The notes under the pieces were generated by a model. It ran no database searches. It was not told the DNA's origin and was given only the letters and a program-made list of their open reading frames with translations. Shown in pieces: positions 47,312 to 59,895 of a stretch of 64,000 nucleotides of DNA (positions are counted from its first letter, which is position 1; every line of letters begins with the position of its first letter). This stretch comes from Raja brachyura (taxonomy: Eukaryota): contig OY740799.1 in assembly GCA_963514005.1 (NCBI GenBank), forward strand, positions 8,680,001 through 8,744,000. Direction: 5' to 3'. A program made the position numbers and the translations under genes.

Positions 47312-47589
47312 AGAGGTAGAGTTGTTACCCTACAGAGATTGCAGAGCCAGAGACCCGGGTTCGATCCCGACCACGGATGCCGCTTGTACAGAGTTTGTGC
47401 GTTCTTCCCGTGACCGATTTTCGGTTTCCTCCCACACTCCAAAGACGTACAGGTTTGTAAGTTAATTGTCTTGATATAAATGTAAATCGTCCATCGTGTG
47501 GGCCGGATAGAGTTAATGTGCGGGGATCGCTGGTCAGTGCGGACTCGGTGGGCTGAAGGGCCTGTTTCCATGCTGTATCACTAAACTAC
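47312..47589 (+). mobile_element. HE1-like SINE
   Basis: ggtagagttgttaccctacag...gggttcgatccc...ctaaacta. Confidence 0.8.
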
Positions 47590-48344
47590 TGAATTTATTT
47601 GTAACAATTTCAGAACCCTCACCCTCCAAACGCTTGTACAATCTTGCACTCCTCGAACTAGTATTTACTTGCCCCTCACCAAGTATCAGGCAACATTAAT
47701 TTTCAGACTACTGTGCATCGAAGGAGCTAACTGGATTTGAATACCAACTTTGCAGACAGCAGCAGTTTCAACGTTGTTATTCAGAAGCATGGATGGGAGT
47801 TAGCCTTGGTGAATTGTGGAGTGCGTGTCAAACACAAATACATCAGGACGCTCTGCAAACTTATGGATGCCTACACCAATTAACTGGTGAGGGGATCATG
47901 GGGAAGTGGAAACAATTTTAGCCATGGGTCTTGCCAAGTGTTAAAATACCTCACTGGAATTAATAGGGCCTGTGGGTATAAAAACCACTGCAATAAAAAT
48001 GCATGCTGGCCCAACTAGCCAGGAAGGAAACTTAACTTGGTTGCAAATCATAGACCCTCATTCTGGCAACAGCTGAACCGATCACAGTATTTCTTCAGTG
48101 TTGTCAACAGATATATTTTTCCTTATGATCACTTCATTTGATGCAATTTGTAACGGGATTAAAAACTTAAGACTACTGTGAAGGGATAGACTGTGCATGC
48201 TTCAAGGGTGGAAGGAGGGTGAAAATGTATTAGCAGAGTTTTATTTGTAATCTCGTGTTGATTTAGGAAGGAAAAGCAGCTGGGCTCTGCGAGTCAGTAC
48301 GGTTTTGATTTTATTTCTCTACTGGAGAGTATAGGGCATTGACA

Positions 48345-48825
48345 GCTGTAGAGGTGCTGCCTCACAGCGACCAGGGACCAGGGTCCTGACCTGCCTGCAT
48401 GGAGTTTGTACGCTCTCCCCGTGACCACGCGGGTTTTCTCCGGGTGCTCCGGTTCCCCCGCACACTCCGAAGCCGAGCAGGCTTGTAGGCTAATTGGCTT
48501 CTGCGAGCGTGTCGGATGCAAAACTGGGATAACATAGAACTAGTGTGTGGGTCGACAAAAGTGCTGGAGAAACTCGGCGGGTGCAGCAGCATCTATGGAG
48601 CGAAGGAAATAGGCGACCCTTTTTTCGGCCCGAAACGTCGCCCATCTCCTTCGCTCCATAGATGCTGCTGCACCCGCTGAGTTTCTCCAGCCCTTTTGTC
48701 TACCTTTGATTTTCCAGCATCTGCAGTTCCTTCTTAAACACTAGTGTACGGGTGATCATTGGTCGGCGCGGACTCGGTGGGCAGAAGGGCTTGTTTCCAC
48801 GCTGCATCTCAAAATTAAACTCTAA
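48345..48825 (+). mobile_element. HE1-like SINE interrupted by a Penelope-derived hairpin
   Basis: SINE pieces 48345-48546 and 48740-48825. Confidence 0.75.
48547..48739. mobile_element. Penelope-derived inverted-arm mini-element with 8-bp TSD
   Basis: TSD actagtgt at 48539-48546 and 48740-48747; inverted arms plus tail. Confidence 0.82.
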
Positions 48826-50329
48826 GCCGAGCTGTAATTCTGCCGTGATTTCTGGGAAATTTATTTCACCATCTCGAAACTTTTTCGTGTCGCGAGTTGC
48901 CAGTTCTATTCGTCTCGCTCCTGAAACCTGTTGGATCGAGTGGAAGCTAAGACTGCGAATGTCATAAGCAGGGCCTGGGGCGGTTATAATGCGTTGTGGA
49001 GCACCAGTGACTGGGAAGGGTGCCAATCCAAACTGTGGCCTGCTGGGTTTATTGGCTACTACACACGCTGGATTAGTCACCCAACTGATTGGGACTTGCT
49101 CCAGTCTATTATCTATTATGTGTGCGTGTCGCAGAATAGGCAAAAAAGAATCCCGAAGCAGATCTACTAAAGAAAGGCGTATTCTCTTCACTTGAGGCCT
49201 CATTCAGGAAACTCTCATCGTAATCAAATGATTCTGTTAAACCTGACTAATGATAAACTGCTCAAAATCCCGATGGGATAATATAAATGAGGTCATGTGC
49301 TTGCTCGGTGTGGAATTCTGCGGAATTCGTACCTTCCAAAAAAAAAAAAATTCTGAGAAGAGAGTACTAATGGAAGTGGAACAGTTCTAGGCTGACGATT
49401 AAAAAAATACCACCACATTAATCATAATGAGAGCCAAATTTATCAGACACTCTGGCTCAATTGTACTTGGTGGTTTTGCTATTATTTAGGGGAAAGTTCA
49501 AGTGAAGTTTGTACTCTTTGGATGTTCTCTGTCAATCCTGTCAAATAAAAATCTCCCCGTCTTGGTGTTGAAAGCTCTGATAGCTACACAGCGCAATGGG
49601 CAGTCGGGAGGAGGTACGTTCTGGCCTTTTCAAGTGACCTCCCCCAGCCCACCTTGCCCTCATTCCCTCCGACTATCCATCCACCAGCTTGCGTTAATTC
49701 AGCTTCCTATTAAAAGGGTAGCCACGTAATGCGTCTCAGGTGATGCCCACATACACATCACTCTCGGCAAATACGTTTTCCCCGAGTTCCATACTGGAAT
49801 AATTAGTGACTATCTCGAGACTTATCCCTGACAGGTGTCTTAGAAAGTTAAGTAACCAGCCATTTGTTATATTTAGATCTTCTTAGGCGCATTGTCCCGG
49901 GATTTAAAGGCCCGGGAACGAGGCAGAGTTCTGCATTGTTCCTCTGTTGAACGTTACACTAAACGAGTCGGCTTTGCAATTACTGAAGCCCCACGTACTT
50001 GGTGCACAACCCAAGAACTTCTCATAAAATACAACCTTTGCGCTACACCTTTGATTATCTCAATGTATTGCAAGCAAATTCTTCCTTAGACTTGAGATGC
50101 GGTGCGGAAACAGGCCATTCGGCCCACCACACTTCTCCATTAGTGAGGGTGTCAGGGGTTATGGGGAGAAGGCAGGAGAATGGGGTTGAGAGGGAAAGAC
50201 AGATCAGCCATGAGCGCATGTTGGAGTAGACGTTATGGGCTGAATGGTCTCATTCTGCTCCTAGAAATTACGAAGGCATCTGCCATGCACGACACAGTTG
50301 AGAAGACATTTTATTTAACTCGGAGAGCA

Positions 50330-51484
50330 AGAGGGGGAGAGAGGGGTGGGAGAGAGGGGGGGGAGGGAGGGGAGAGGGAGGGGAGAGGGGGGGGATAGGG
50401 GGGGAGAGAGGGGGGGANNNNNNNNNNNNNNNNNNNNNNNNNNNNNNNNNNNNNNNNNNNNNNNNNNNNNNNNNNNNNNNNNNNNNNNNNNNNNNNNNNN
50501 NNNNNNNNNNNNNNNNNNNNNNNNNNNNNNNNNNNNNNNNNNNNNNNNNNNNNNNNNNNNNNNNNNNNNNNCGNNNNNNNNNNNNNNNNNNNNNNNNNNN
50601 NNNNNNNNNNNNNNNNNNNNNNNNNNNNNNNNNNNNNNNNNNNNNNNNNNNNNNNNNNNNNNNNNNNNNNNNNNNNNNNNNNNNNNNNNNNNNNNNNNNN
50701 NNNNNNNNNNNNNNNNNNNNNNNNNNNNNNNNNNNNNNNNNNNNNNNNNNNNNNNNNNNNNNNNNNNNNNNNNNNNNNNNNNNNNNNNNNNNNNNNNNNN
50801 NNNNNNNNNNNNNNNNNNNNNNNNNNNNNNNGGGGAAGAGAGAGGGGGGAAGAGAGAGGGGGGAGAGAGGGGGGAAGGAAAGAGGGGGGGAGAGAGGGGG
50901 GGAGAGAGGGGGGGAGAGAGAGGGGGGAGAGAGAGGGGGAGAGAGGGGGAGAGAGGGGGAGAGGGGGGGCGAGGGGGGGAGAGAGAGGGGGGGAGAGAGA
51001 GGGGGGGAGAGAGAGGGGGGGAGAGAGAGGGGGGAGAGGGGGGAGAGGGGGGGAGAGAGGGGGGGAGAGGGGGGGCGAGGGGGGGCGAGGGGGGGANNNN
51101 NNNNNNNNNNNNNNNNNNNNNNNNNNNNNNNNNNNNNNNNNNNNNNNNNNNNNNNNNNNNNNNNNNNNNNNNNNNNNNNNNNNNNNNNNNNNNNNNNNNN
51201 NNNNNNNNNNNNNNNNNNNNNNNNNNNNNNNNNNNNNNNNNNNNNNNNNNNNNNNNNNNNNNNNNNNNNNNNNNNNNNNNNNNNNNNNNNNNNNNNNNNN
51301 NNNNNNNNNNNNNNNNNNNNNNNNNNNNNNNNNNNNNNNNNNNNNNNNNNNGAGAGGGGGGGAGAGAGAGGGGGGGAGAGAGAGGGGGGGAGAGAGAGGG
51401 GGGAGAGGGGGGGGAGAGAGGGGGGGGAGAGAGGGGGGGGAGAGAGTGGGGAGAGAGGGGGGGAGGGAGGCGGGGAGAGGGAGA
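50330..51484. repeat. Purine-rich (G/A) low-complexity tract with two assembly gaps
   Basis: gagaggggggg units; N runs at 50418-50831 and 51097-51351. Confidence 0.95.
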
Positions 51485-52064
51485 AATTTAGATTTAGATG
51501 CATTGTGGCATTTTGTGGAGTCAGGGGAATGACTCCGATTCCCCAGACATAAACTTGGTTTCAACCAGATGAAGCTGTAATTGATTCCACCAACTCAATC
51601 TGCACTTGGATGGCAAAACAAAAGGCAAGAATTTATCTACGCAATAAAAACACAGCCTATTTTCAAGTTGTTCTAAAATTAGTCAAGCATGATTAAATGT
51701 TACGTTGACTTTAATTATGCTGAAGGTTTGTGTTGGCAGGAATGCAGCAATTCAGCAGAAATTGCTCAGCCAAACCTTCTGCAGGAACCCAGGCACTGGG
51801 CACCACCAATTCTCCAGGCGTCCGGCCCTTAACGAGCATCTTGCCCTTTCAAAAGTCATCCTCCTCCTTTTGAGCTTATACATTCTCCCTGTGACCACGT
51901 GGGTTTTCTCCGGGTGCACCTGGTTTCCTCCCACACTCCAAAAATGTGCAGGTTTTGAGTTTAATTGGCCTCTGTAAATTGTCCCTGGTGGGTAAGATAG
52001 AACTGCATGAATTCCCTTTTTATTCTCCCCAGTTCTCGTCAGCTGCCCCAGATTCTACACCACA

Positions 52065-52248
52065 CTCCTATGAGCCTTTTCAAACCTCTAGTCTCCCCCT
52101 CCCCTGACCCTCGGTCTGAAGAAGGGTCCCGACCCAAAATGTCACCTATTCTTTTTCTCCAGAGATGCTGCCTGACCCGCTGAGTTACTCCAGCTTTTTG
52201 TGCGTCTATCTCCGGTGTAAACCAGCATCTGCAGTTCCTTTCCACACA
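52065..52248 (+). mobile_element. Penelope 3' end with mutated hammerhead and tail
   Basis: ggtctgaagaagggtcccgacccaaaatgtcacc...accagcatctgcagttcc. Confidence 0.75.
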
Positions 52249-52411
52249 TTCCGGGTTAACTGGGTCACCATAACATTTCGTTTCAGTTTGAGTTTATCGT
52301 CACGTGCAAGGAGGCACGGGGAAAAGCCATTGTTGCGTGCTAACCGGTCTGCAGAAAGACAATCGAGCCATTCGCAGTGTACAGATACATTGATACATGA
52401 TAAGAGAATAA

Positions 52412-52968
52412 AGGGCCTGTCCCACCAGCATGCAACTCCATGCGATGAGCGCGACCTAACGTGGTCGCTTGAGCCGTCCGGCGTCGCGGGGCCGGTCCCA
52501 CTTCGATCGCCGGAGCCGTGCGGAATTGTGCGGAGTTCGTCCCGACATCGCGCGGGGCTCCGAAAAACTGACTATGTTTAAAAATTCCGCGCGGCAACGG
52601 CTTGTCGGCTCGCAGTCGCCTCGACGCATTACACACCGCCTCGACGTCGTGCCTCTGTGACCCTCTATGTGTGTGGCTCCGTGCCCCTCTCTGTGTGTGT
52701 GCCTCTGTGCCCCTCTCTGTGTGCCCCTGTCTGTCCTGGCGAACTTACCTTTAAGACTTCGCTCCAAGTTCGCCTCACTTTGCGCCGCGTTGCGCCACTC
52801 ACCCGACCTCCGCGTGGCCCTCGCTGCCGGTTTGGTCGCGCTTGCCGCATGCAGGCGCATGCTGGTGGGAACGGCCCTGTACAGGGGATCACCCGACCTC
52901 CGCGCGGCCCCCGCTTCTAGTTTGATCGCGCTCATCGCATGGAGTCGGATGCTGGTAGGACAGGCCCT
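52412..52968. mobile_element. PIF/Harbinger-like MITE, family 1 copy B
   Basis: About 42-bp imperfect TIR agggcctgtcccaccagcatgc; flanked by TAA / TTA; highly similar to 13778-14345. Confidence 0.88.
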
Positions 52969-54013
52969 TTACAAAATATGATGGGGGAGGAAACTGGAGC
53001 AGCTGAATGAGGCCCACGTGGTCACGGTATGAACAGGAAAACTCCACACAGACAGAGCCCGAGATTAGGCTTGAATCCAGGTCTCCGGCTCTATGAGGCA
53101 GCGGCTCTGCTCTTTACACCACTGTGTTGCGATAGATTGACCATCCTTACACACACGGCATCGTCCTCTGTGCCCCAATTCTGTCTTGCTTGGAACTTGG
53201 AGAAATAAGCCACCAATCTGAGCCACAATCCTCATACATCCCTCCTCACAGCGGATCCCTCTTCACATTGGTATTGATTTAATATTGTCACATTATCAAA
53301 CCATAGCCAGTTGCCCATTCAATATCATCATGGTGGATCACCCTGAATCAGTAGCCCGTTCCTGCTTTCTCCCCATATCCCTTGATTCCGTTAGATTGAA
53401 GAGCTAAATCCAACTCTCTCTTGAATGCAATCCAATGACTTGGCCTCCACTGCCTTCTGCGGCAGAGAATTCCACAGCTCTGTGTATAAGCGCCGTGTTC
53501 TGGTATAACTCCAGCCCTGACAGGCTGAAGGATCAACAGATCACAGTGTGACCCAGACACTGCAGGGTTCACTGGCCGACCAGTGGAGCGGTCCACAACC
53601 TGCAGAAACATGACCCTTGCTGCCTCGGGGCTGCTAGTGTTATTTACTGTTTAATTACACCCACGACCCCTGGGGTGAAACAGTACTTTTCAATTAAACA
53701 AAGTGTCACATATTTTACAGCAGCTCACTGTGTCCAGGAGGGGCAGGGGCCTGGTGATGCCAAAGGGAAGGGCATNNNNNNNNNNNNNNNNNNNNNNNNN
53801 NNNNNNNNNNNNNNNNNNNNNNNNNNNNNNNNNNNNNNNNNNNNNNNNNNNNNNNNNNNNNNNNNNNNNNNNNNNNNNNNNNNNNNNNNNNNNNNNNNNN
53901 NNNNNNNNNNNNNNNNNNNNNNNNNNNNNNNNNNNNNNNNNNNNNNNNNNNNAGAGCGTGAAAGAGAATGAGCAAGTGTAGAAAGAGTGAGTGTGTGAGT
54001 GTGAAAAGCAGAT

Positions 54014-54196
54014 AGTGTGGGCGAGCGTGAGCGAGTGTGGGCGAGCGTGAGCGAGTGTGGGCGAGGGTGAGCGAGTGTGGGCGAGCGTGAGCGAGTGTGG
54101 GCGAGCGTGAGCGAGTGTGGGCGAGCGTGAGCGAGTGTGGGCGAGCGTGAGCGAGTGTGGGCGAGCGTGAGCGAGCGTGAGCGAGTGTGAGCGTGA
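54014..54196. repeat. 20-bp minisatellite (agtgtgggcgagcgtgagcg), about 8-9 units
   Basis: Directly visible tandem units next to the gap at 53776-53952. Confidence 0.92.
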
Positions 54197-55228
54197 GAGA
54201 AAACGTGAAAAAGATACACAGATAAAGAAAGAAAGCGAGCGAGAGAGAGAGAGAGAGAGTGTGCGAAAGAAGGGAAAGATGAGAGTCAGAGACAGAGCAA
54301 AGAGAGGTTTTAAAGAGAGAGTTAGAGTTAGCTCTTGGGGCTAACGGAATCAAGCGATATGGGGAGAAGGCAGGAACGGGATACTGATTTTGGACTAACA
54401 GCCATGATCACATTGAATGGCGCTGCTGGCTCGAAGGGCCGAATGGCCTACTCCTGCAACTAATTTCTATGTTTCTCTGTTCCCATATAAGGTTAAGAAA
54501 CTGTGATGCAGAGGGACATGAGAAAATCGAAGAGCAGAGAGAAAATTAGGCTGATGTTTTAACTGGCTAAATGATTAATGGAAGCTCTCTGTCAGTAATA
54601 AATATGTATCCTGTGCTGTATTTTAATTGGATCATTGCTAAAAATATGCCTGATATTAGCAGGCAAGCCAAGTGCTAGAATGCGTCATTCCCCTCACATC
54701 TGCAGTGTATATGAATGTCCCAATCCATTCTCCCGCACACACAAGGCAAACATTAAAAAAAAACCCAATGCATCATTTAAGTAAAGCCCAGTCAATGCGG
54801 TCTTTGGGTTTTGTTTGGTTTGTACAAACATCACTGCAGTTTGAGACCAGCTGTGAATAATCCGTCAGTTTGAAATCTAGATCACGCCCGGAACAATCTG
54901 TAGCGTTCACTTTCGTTGTCAGCAAACATCCCATTACAGCAACTTGATCGCTTACCGTGAGCCAAAGCTTCAGTGTAATATTGACAGAGTGCTGGTACAA
55001 CAGCAACAAAGGTGTCACACAGCAGTTATGCAGAGCCGCCTCGGTGAGCCAGTACCTGGAATATTGAGCCAACGACTGGCCGACAAGCCACTGAGGGAAG
55101 GCAATGCTGTCACCCCAGTGTGATTTTGCTGGGATGGCGGGGGGGGGGGGGGGGGGGGGAAGGGCGGAAATGTTCCCTTGCGCTGGCTGGGGTAACTCTC
55201 TCGATTCTTAAGCGCGTGACGCCATTTG

Positions 55229-56179
55229 AAGATAGACACAAAATGCAGGAGTAAAGGGCCTGTCCCACCAGCATGCGACTCCATGCGGTGAGCGCGATGT
55301 AACGTGGTCGCTTGAGCCGTCCGGCCTCGCGGGGCCGGTCCCACTTCAAACGCCGGAGTATTGCGGGGCTGGTTCCGACATCGCGCGGGGCTCTGAAAAA
55401 CTGACCGTGTTCAAAAATACCGCGCGGCAACGGCCTGTCGGCTCGCAGTCACCTCGACGCATTACACACCGCCCCGACGTCGTGCCTCCGTGACCCTCTC
55501 TGTGTGTGGCTCCGTGTCTCTCTGTGTGTGTGTGCCTCCATGACCCTCTCTCTCTCTGTGACTCCGTGACCCTCTCTGTGTGTGCCTCTGTGACCCTCTC
55601 TATGTGCCTCCGTGACCCTCTCTGTGTGTGCCTCCGTGACCCTCTCTGTGTGTGCCTCCGTGACCCTCGCTCTGTGCCTCCGTGACCCTTCTATGTGCCT
55701 CCGTGACCCTCTCTGTGTGACTCCGTGACCCTCTCTGTGTGTGCCTCCGTGACTCTCGCTCTGTGCCTCCGTGACCCTTCTATGTGCCTCCGTGACCCTC
55801 TCTACATGTGCCTCCGTGACCCTCTCTCTGTGTGACTCCGTGACCCTCTCTGTGTGCCTCTGTGTCGCTCTCTGTGTGTCCCTCTCTGTCCTTGTGAACT
55901 TACCGCGGACATCGCTCCAACTTCGCGCCACTCACCCGACATCCGCGCGGCCCCCGCTGCCGGTTTGGTCGCGCTCGCCGCATGCAGGTCGCACACTCGT
56001 GGGACCGGCCCTTTACTCAGCGGGACCGGCAGCATCTCTGGAGAGAAGGAATGGATGATGTTTCTGGTCGGGACTGGTCTTCAGTGTGAAGAAGGGTCTC
56101 GACCCGATGCGTCACCCATTGCTTCTCTCCAGAGATGCTGCCGGTCCCGCTGAGTTACTCCTGCATTTTGTGTCTATCT
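55229..56179. mobile_element. Penelope-derived inverted-arm element interrupted by a MITE
   Basis: agatagacacaaaatgcaggagtaa | MITE | ctcagcgggaccggcagc ... gctgagttactcctgcattttgtgtctatct. Confidence 0.8.
55255..56012. mobile_element. PIF/Harbinger-like MITE, family 1 copy C, with expanded internal minisatellite
   Basis: TIR agggcctgtcccac / gtgggaccggccct; (gtgcctccgtgaccctctct)n at about 55481-55890. Confidence 0.88.
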
Positions 56180-56307
56180 CCAATCGTCTTGGCCCCGCTC
56201 TGGGAGTAGGAGTGGGGGCGGATTCGGATCCGCAACGGCCGTGAGCCCCAGGCCGAGCTCAAGATCGCTTGCCTGCTTCTGCTGCTGCTGGAGATGAGAC
56301 GTTGCGT

Positions 56308-56511
56308 CGCGCCCATCCCACTTGGCCGTCAGTTACGCAACAGGCCGGTGGTGCGCAAAGGTTTCGTCCAGAACGAAATCCTAGAGCGCTGCGCGATACC
56401 GCGCGCAACTCCACACACTTCCACGCCATTCCATGCGCCCGTCCCGCGCTACCCACACGCTACCAGGTCGTGTAAATGGCGCACAAATGACGCCCAAGTG
56501 TGACAGGCCCG
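56308..56511. mobile_element. PIF/Harbinger-like MITE, family 4 (degenerate)
   Basis: Left gcccatcccacttggccgtcagtt versus right aaatgacgcccaagtgtgacaggccc, followed by TAA. Confidence 0.55.
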
Positions 56512-57300
56512 TAAGAAGCCGTCCAGGTGATTGGAGGGTGACCTACCAACGTCTGATGGATCTTGACCGGGTCAAGATGTAATGCAGACGCTCTATAAGG
56601 CACTGGTTTGACCCGGAGTATCGGGAGCAGTTTTGGACCCAATATCTGAGGTAGGATGTGTTGGTGTTGGAGAGGGTCCAGAGAACGTATATGAGAATGA
56701 TCCCAGGAATGATAGAGCCCTAGAGGCTAGTGTTAGATAGGCTCTAGAGACTGGTGGAATCAAAGGATATGGAGAAGGCAGGCACGGGTTAATGATTGTG
56801 GATGATCAGCCTTGATCACAATGAATGGCGGTGCTAGCTCGAAGGGCCAAATGGCCTCCTCCTGCACCTATTGTCTATGTTTCTATGATTGGGTTAACAT
56901 ATAATGAGAGTTTGACGGCACTGGGCCTGTGCTCGCTGGAGTTTAGAAGGATGAGGGGGGACTTCTTTGAAACTCCCCCCATGCAATCGTTACCGAACAG
57001 TGGATGTGGAGAGGGGGTTTCCACTAGTGGGGGAGTCTGGGACCAGAGGCTGAGACCAGTGGTATTTCCACAGCTTTTAGATATGGACATGGATATGCAC
57101 GGAATTGGAGGATATGGGCCACGTGCAAGCAGCTGAAATGAGTCTATCTCGGCATCACATGCGGCACATTGTGGGCTGAAGGGTCTGTTCCTTTGCGGGT
57201 CTGTTCTACGTTCTAAGTTCTAATTGAGTATCTTACCTATGGTGTACAGTGTGACGAGACCTGACTATAAGGGAAGAGGACTTTGTGTGAATGTTGATTA

Positions 57301-57949
57301 GGGCGACACGGTGGTACAGCGGTAGAGATACTGCCTCACAGCGCCAGAGACCCAGGTTCAATCCTGACCACGTGGGTGCTTGTCTGTACGGAGTTTGAAC
57401 GTTCTCCCTGCGACTGCGTGGATTTCCTGTTAGATCCGGGGTTTCCTCCCAAACTCCAAAGAAGGACAGGTTTGCGGGTTAATTGGCTTGGTGTAAATGG
57501 GAGTAAGTTTATTGGCCAAGTATTCACATACAAGGAATTTGCCTTGGTGCTCCGCCCACCAGTAACAACATGACATACAGTGACAGTTACGAATGACTCG
57601 GAAAACACTAAACGGTATTAATAATAATAAAACATTAATGATAAAACACCATTGATCACGCATGTGAGCCAACAAAATACCAGATCAAAGGGAGGCTACA
57701 GATTTTTGGCTGTTGAGTAGAGCAACTACTCGTGGAGAAAAACTGCTTTGATGTCTGGCTGTGGCAGCTTTGACAGTCCGGAGTCGCCTTCCAGAGGGAA
57801 GTGATTCGAATAGTTTGTGGCCAGGGTGAGAGGGGTAAATCCTTTGTGTGCGCACAGAGTAGTGTTAATGTGCGGCGATCGCTGGTCGGTACGTACAGGG
57901 TGGGCCGAAGGGCCTGCTTCTGCGCTGTATCTCTAAACTACACTAAACT
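57301..57949 (+). mobile_element. HE1-like SINE interrupted by a LINE 3' fragment
   Basis: Head gggcgacacggtggtacagcgg; resumes at 57841. Confidence 0.8.
57499..57834 (-). mobile_element. LINE 3' fragment (Rex1/Babar-like) with 6-bp TSD
   Basis: gtaaat at 57493-57498 and 57835-57840; minus strand reads LPSGRRLRTVKAATARHQSSFSPRV. Confidence 0.7.
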
Positions 57950-57957
57950 GGATTGAG

Positions 57958-58044
57958 GGGTTACACAAACAGCTGGAGAAACTCAGCGGGTGCAGCAGCA
58001 TCTAAGGAGCGAAGGAGACAGGCGACGTTTCAGGTCGAGACCCT
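57958..58044 (-). mobile_element. 87-bp Penelope 3' end with 14-bp TSD
   Basis: taaactggattgag at 57944-57957 and 58045-58058; same terminus (gggttacaca) as 7059. Confidence 0.85.
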
Positions 58045-59095
58045 TAAACTGGATTGAGTTCAGAACAGGAAAACCAGTCGCAAAAGCCCACAGAGTTTTA
58101 TTTCGTTTCAGTGGAAGCTTCACTGCATATTATTTGCAAGCTTTCTTAATTATAATTCAATATGTGCTTTGCTATTTCAGCAGATCAATGGGATGCAATG
58201 TGTTGTGCCTGAATGTGCGCTGATTAAACTATCTGGGTGAACATAATTAGCTTCACTCATTGAATATCAAAAGGCCCAGAGACCACCTGCATGACTGAGC
58301 ACCACTGAATCAATAGCAAGGCACCTGAATGGCTGAGGGTTTGGTAATTAAAAATTATTTAAAGAATTGGAACTCATCATGCTGCATCATGTTTGCAAAA
58401 TAAAACAATATCATCTGCCTTGGAGATTGCTGAACCCATAAACAATATCTCAGCTCCTTTTATTTCCCGACGAAGGAGGTGAGGATTGACAACTCGTTCT
58501 TTAACTGTTCAGTTTGCAGATGTTGTGGGCGAGACCAGCGTCTACTTCCAGTTGTCCTCAGTTTGGGGTGGGGCGGGGCTGATGGACAACCTCCTTGAAC
58601 CCCCGGAGGTGTGCGCGAGGTACGAAGGTATCTCCACCCAACATTCTGCTGGGGCAGGAGTTGAGACATTTGACTTGGCAGCAGTGAAGTTGTACCCAGA
58701 TCAAGAATGGACAGCGTTGCAGAGATGCACTTGCAGATGAGGAGCTCTCAATAGTCCTGCTGCTTCTGGCAGGGGAATGGGGTTGAGAGGGAAAGATGGA
58801 CCGGCCTTGAAACTTGAAGGGACGAATAGCTGCTCCTGTTACGTATGACCATGAATTTCTAGCTGGTGCTGGGGACCAGGCATCGAAAGGCTATCCGGCA
58901 GCTATGGAAATGCCACAGGGGCCGCTGTACTCCAGGTAAGCTGGTCCGCATGAAAATATTAAATATTTGAATATTAAATATCAATATTAAACAGCAAATG
59001 TCCAAATATCAAAGACTCTATCCACCCGATTGTGTTCACTCTAATTTGTGGGCATTATTTATATCATCAGAGGGTTGCTAAATCACGCTTGCGAA

Positions 59096-59422
59096 AAGCC
59101 GTGCCCCACGGTACGAGTTCATTCCAAGAGCTCTCCCGAGTTCTAAAAAAAAATCGTGGTAAGCACGGAGAATGAACGTAGCGGGTACGTCGGAGCTCGG
59201 GGACGTCTCTTAGAGGCTCGTAACGCTCACGGCAGGTACTCGGGAAGACTCGCTAACGGCAGGTGAGCACGGGAAGACTTGTGAAGATTTTTCAACATGT
59301 TGAAAAACGTCCACGAGAGCCCCGAGTACCGACGAGCGGCCATTACTGTAAATCTCCGAGTTCGAATCAGGGCAAACTTGGGAGAACTCTTGGAATGAAC
59401 TCGTACCGTGGGACAGGAGCTT
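59096..59422. mobile_element. PIF/Harbinger-like MITE, family 2 copy B
   Basis: cccacggtacgagttcattccaagag / ctcttggaatgaactcgtaccgtggg; homologous to 18626-18936; TAA on the right. Confidence 0.85.
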
Positions 59423-59895
59423 TAAGGCTCATCTTTCAACAACTTTGTCTGGTGCGCTTTAGGTTCAGGTTTATTATTGTCAGGTACAGAGAAAGAGGTT
59501 TGTCCGCTCGCCATCCAGATACTTCTCTACACAAGTACAACCAAGCCAAACTCAAGGACAGAAGGCAGAGTGAAGACAAAGGTGCAGAGCGTATGGTTCT
59601 CAGTATTGCAGCACAACAGTCCAAAGTCCACAATGAAGTAGGCTGGAGAATCAGCACAGTTTCCATCTGGACCGTTGTTCAGCAGTCTATTACCCAAGGG
59701 GAAGAACCTGCCCCCGAGTCTGATAGTGCGGGGTTTCAAACTTCCCAATCTTCTGCCTGACCGGAATGAGGAGAAGGAGGAGGAATAACCAGGGTGGGAA
59801 AGATCTTTGATTATGTTGGCAGCTTCCCCCAGGCAGCTTGAAGAGTAGATGGGCCAAATGGTGGGGAATCTGATGCAGAAACAAAGAACTGCAGA

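Noticed and set aside
48700-49203. 167-aa minus-strand ORF
   Set aside because: No recognisable domain; its C-terminus runs into SINE and Penelope sequence
50268-51564. Long Pro-rich and Gly-rich ORFs
   Set aside because: Artefacts of the low-complexity tract and N runs
53715-54353. Repetitive ORFs and CRISPR-like periodicity
   Set aside because: 20-bp head-to-tail minisatellite with no unique spacers; eukaryotic context
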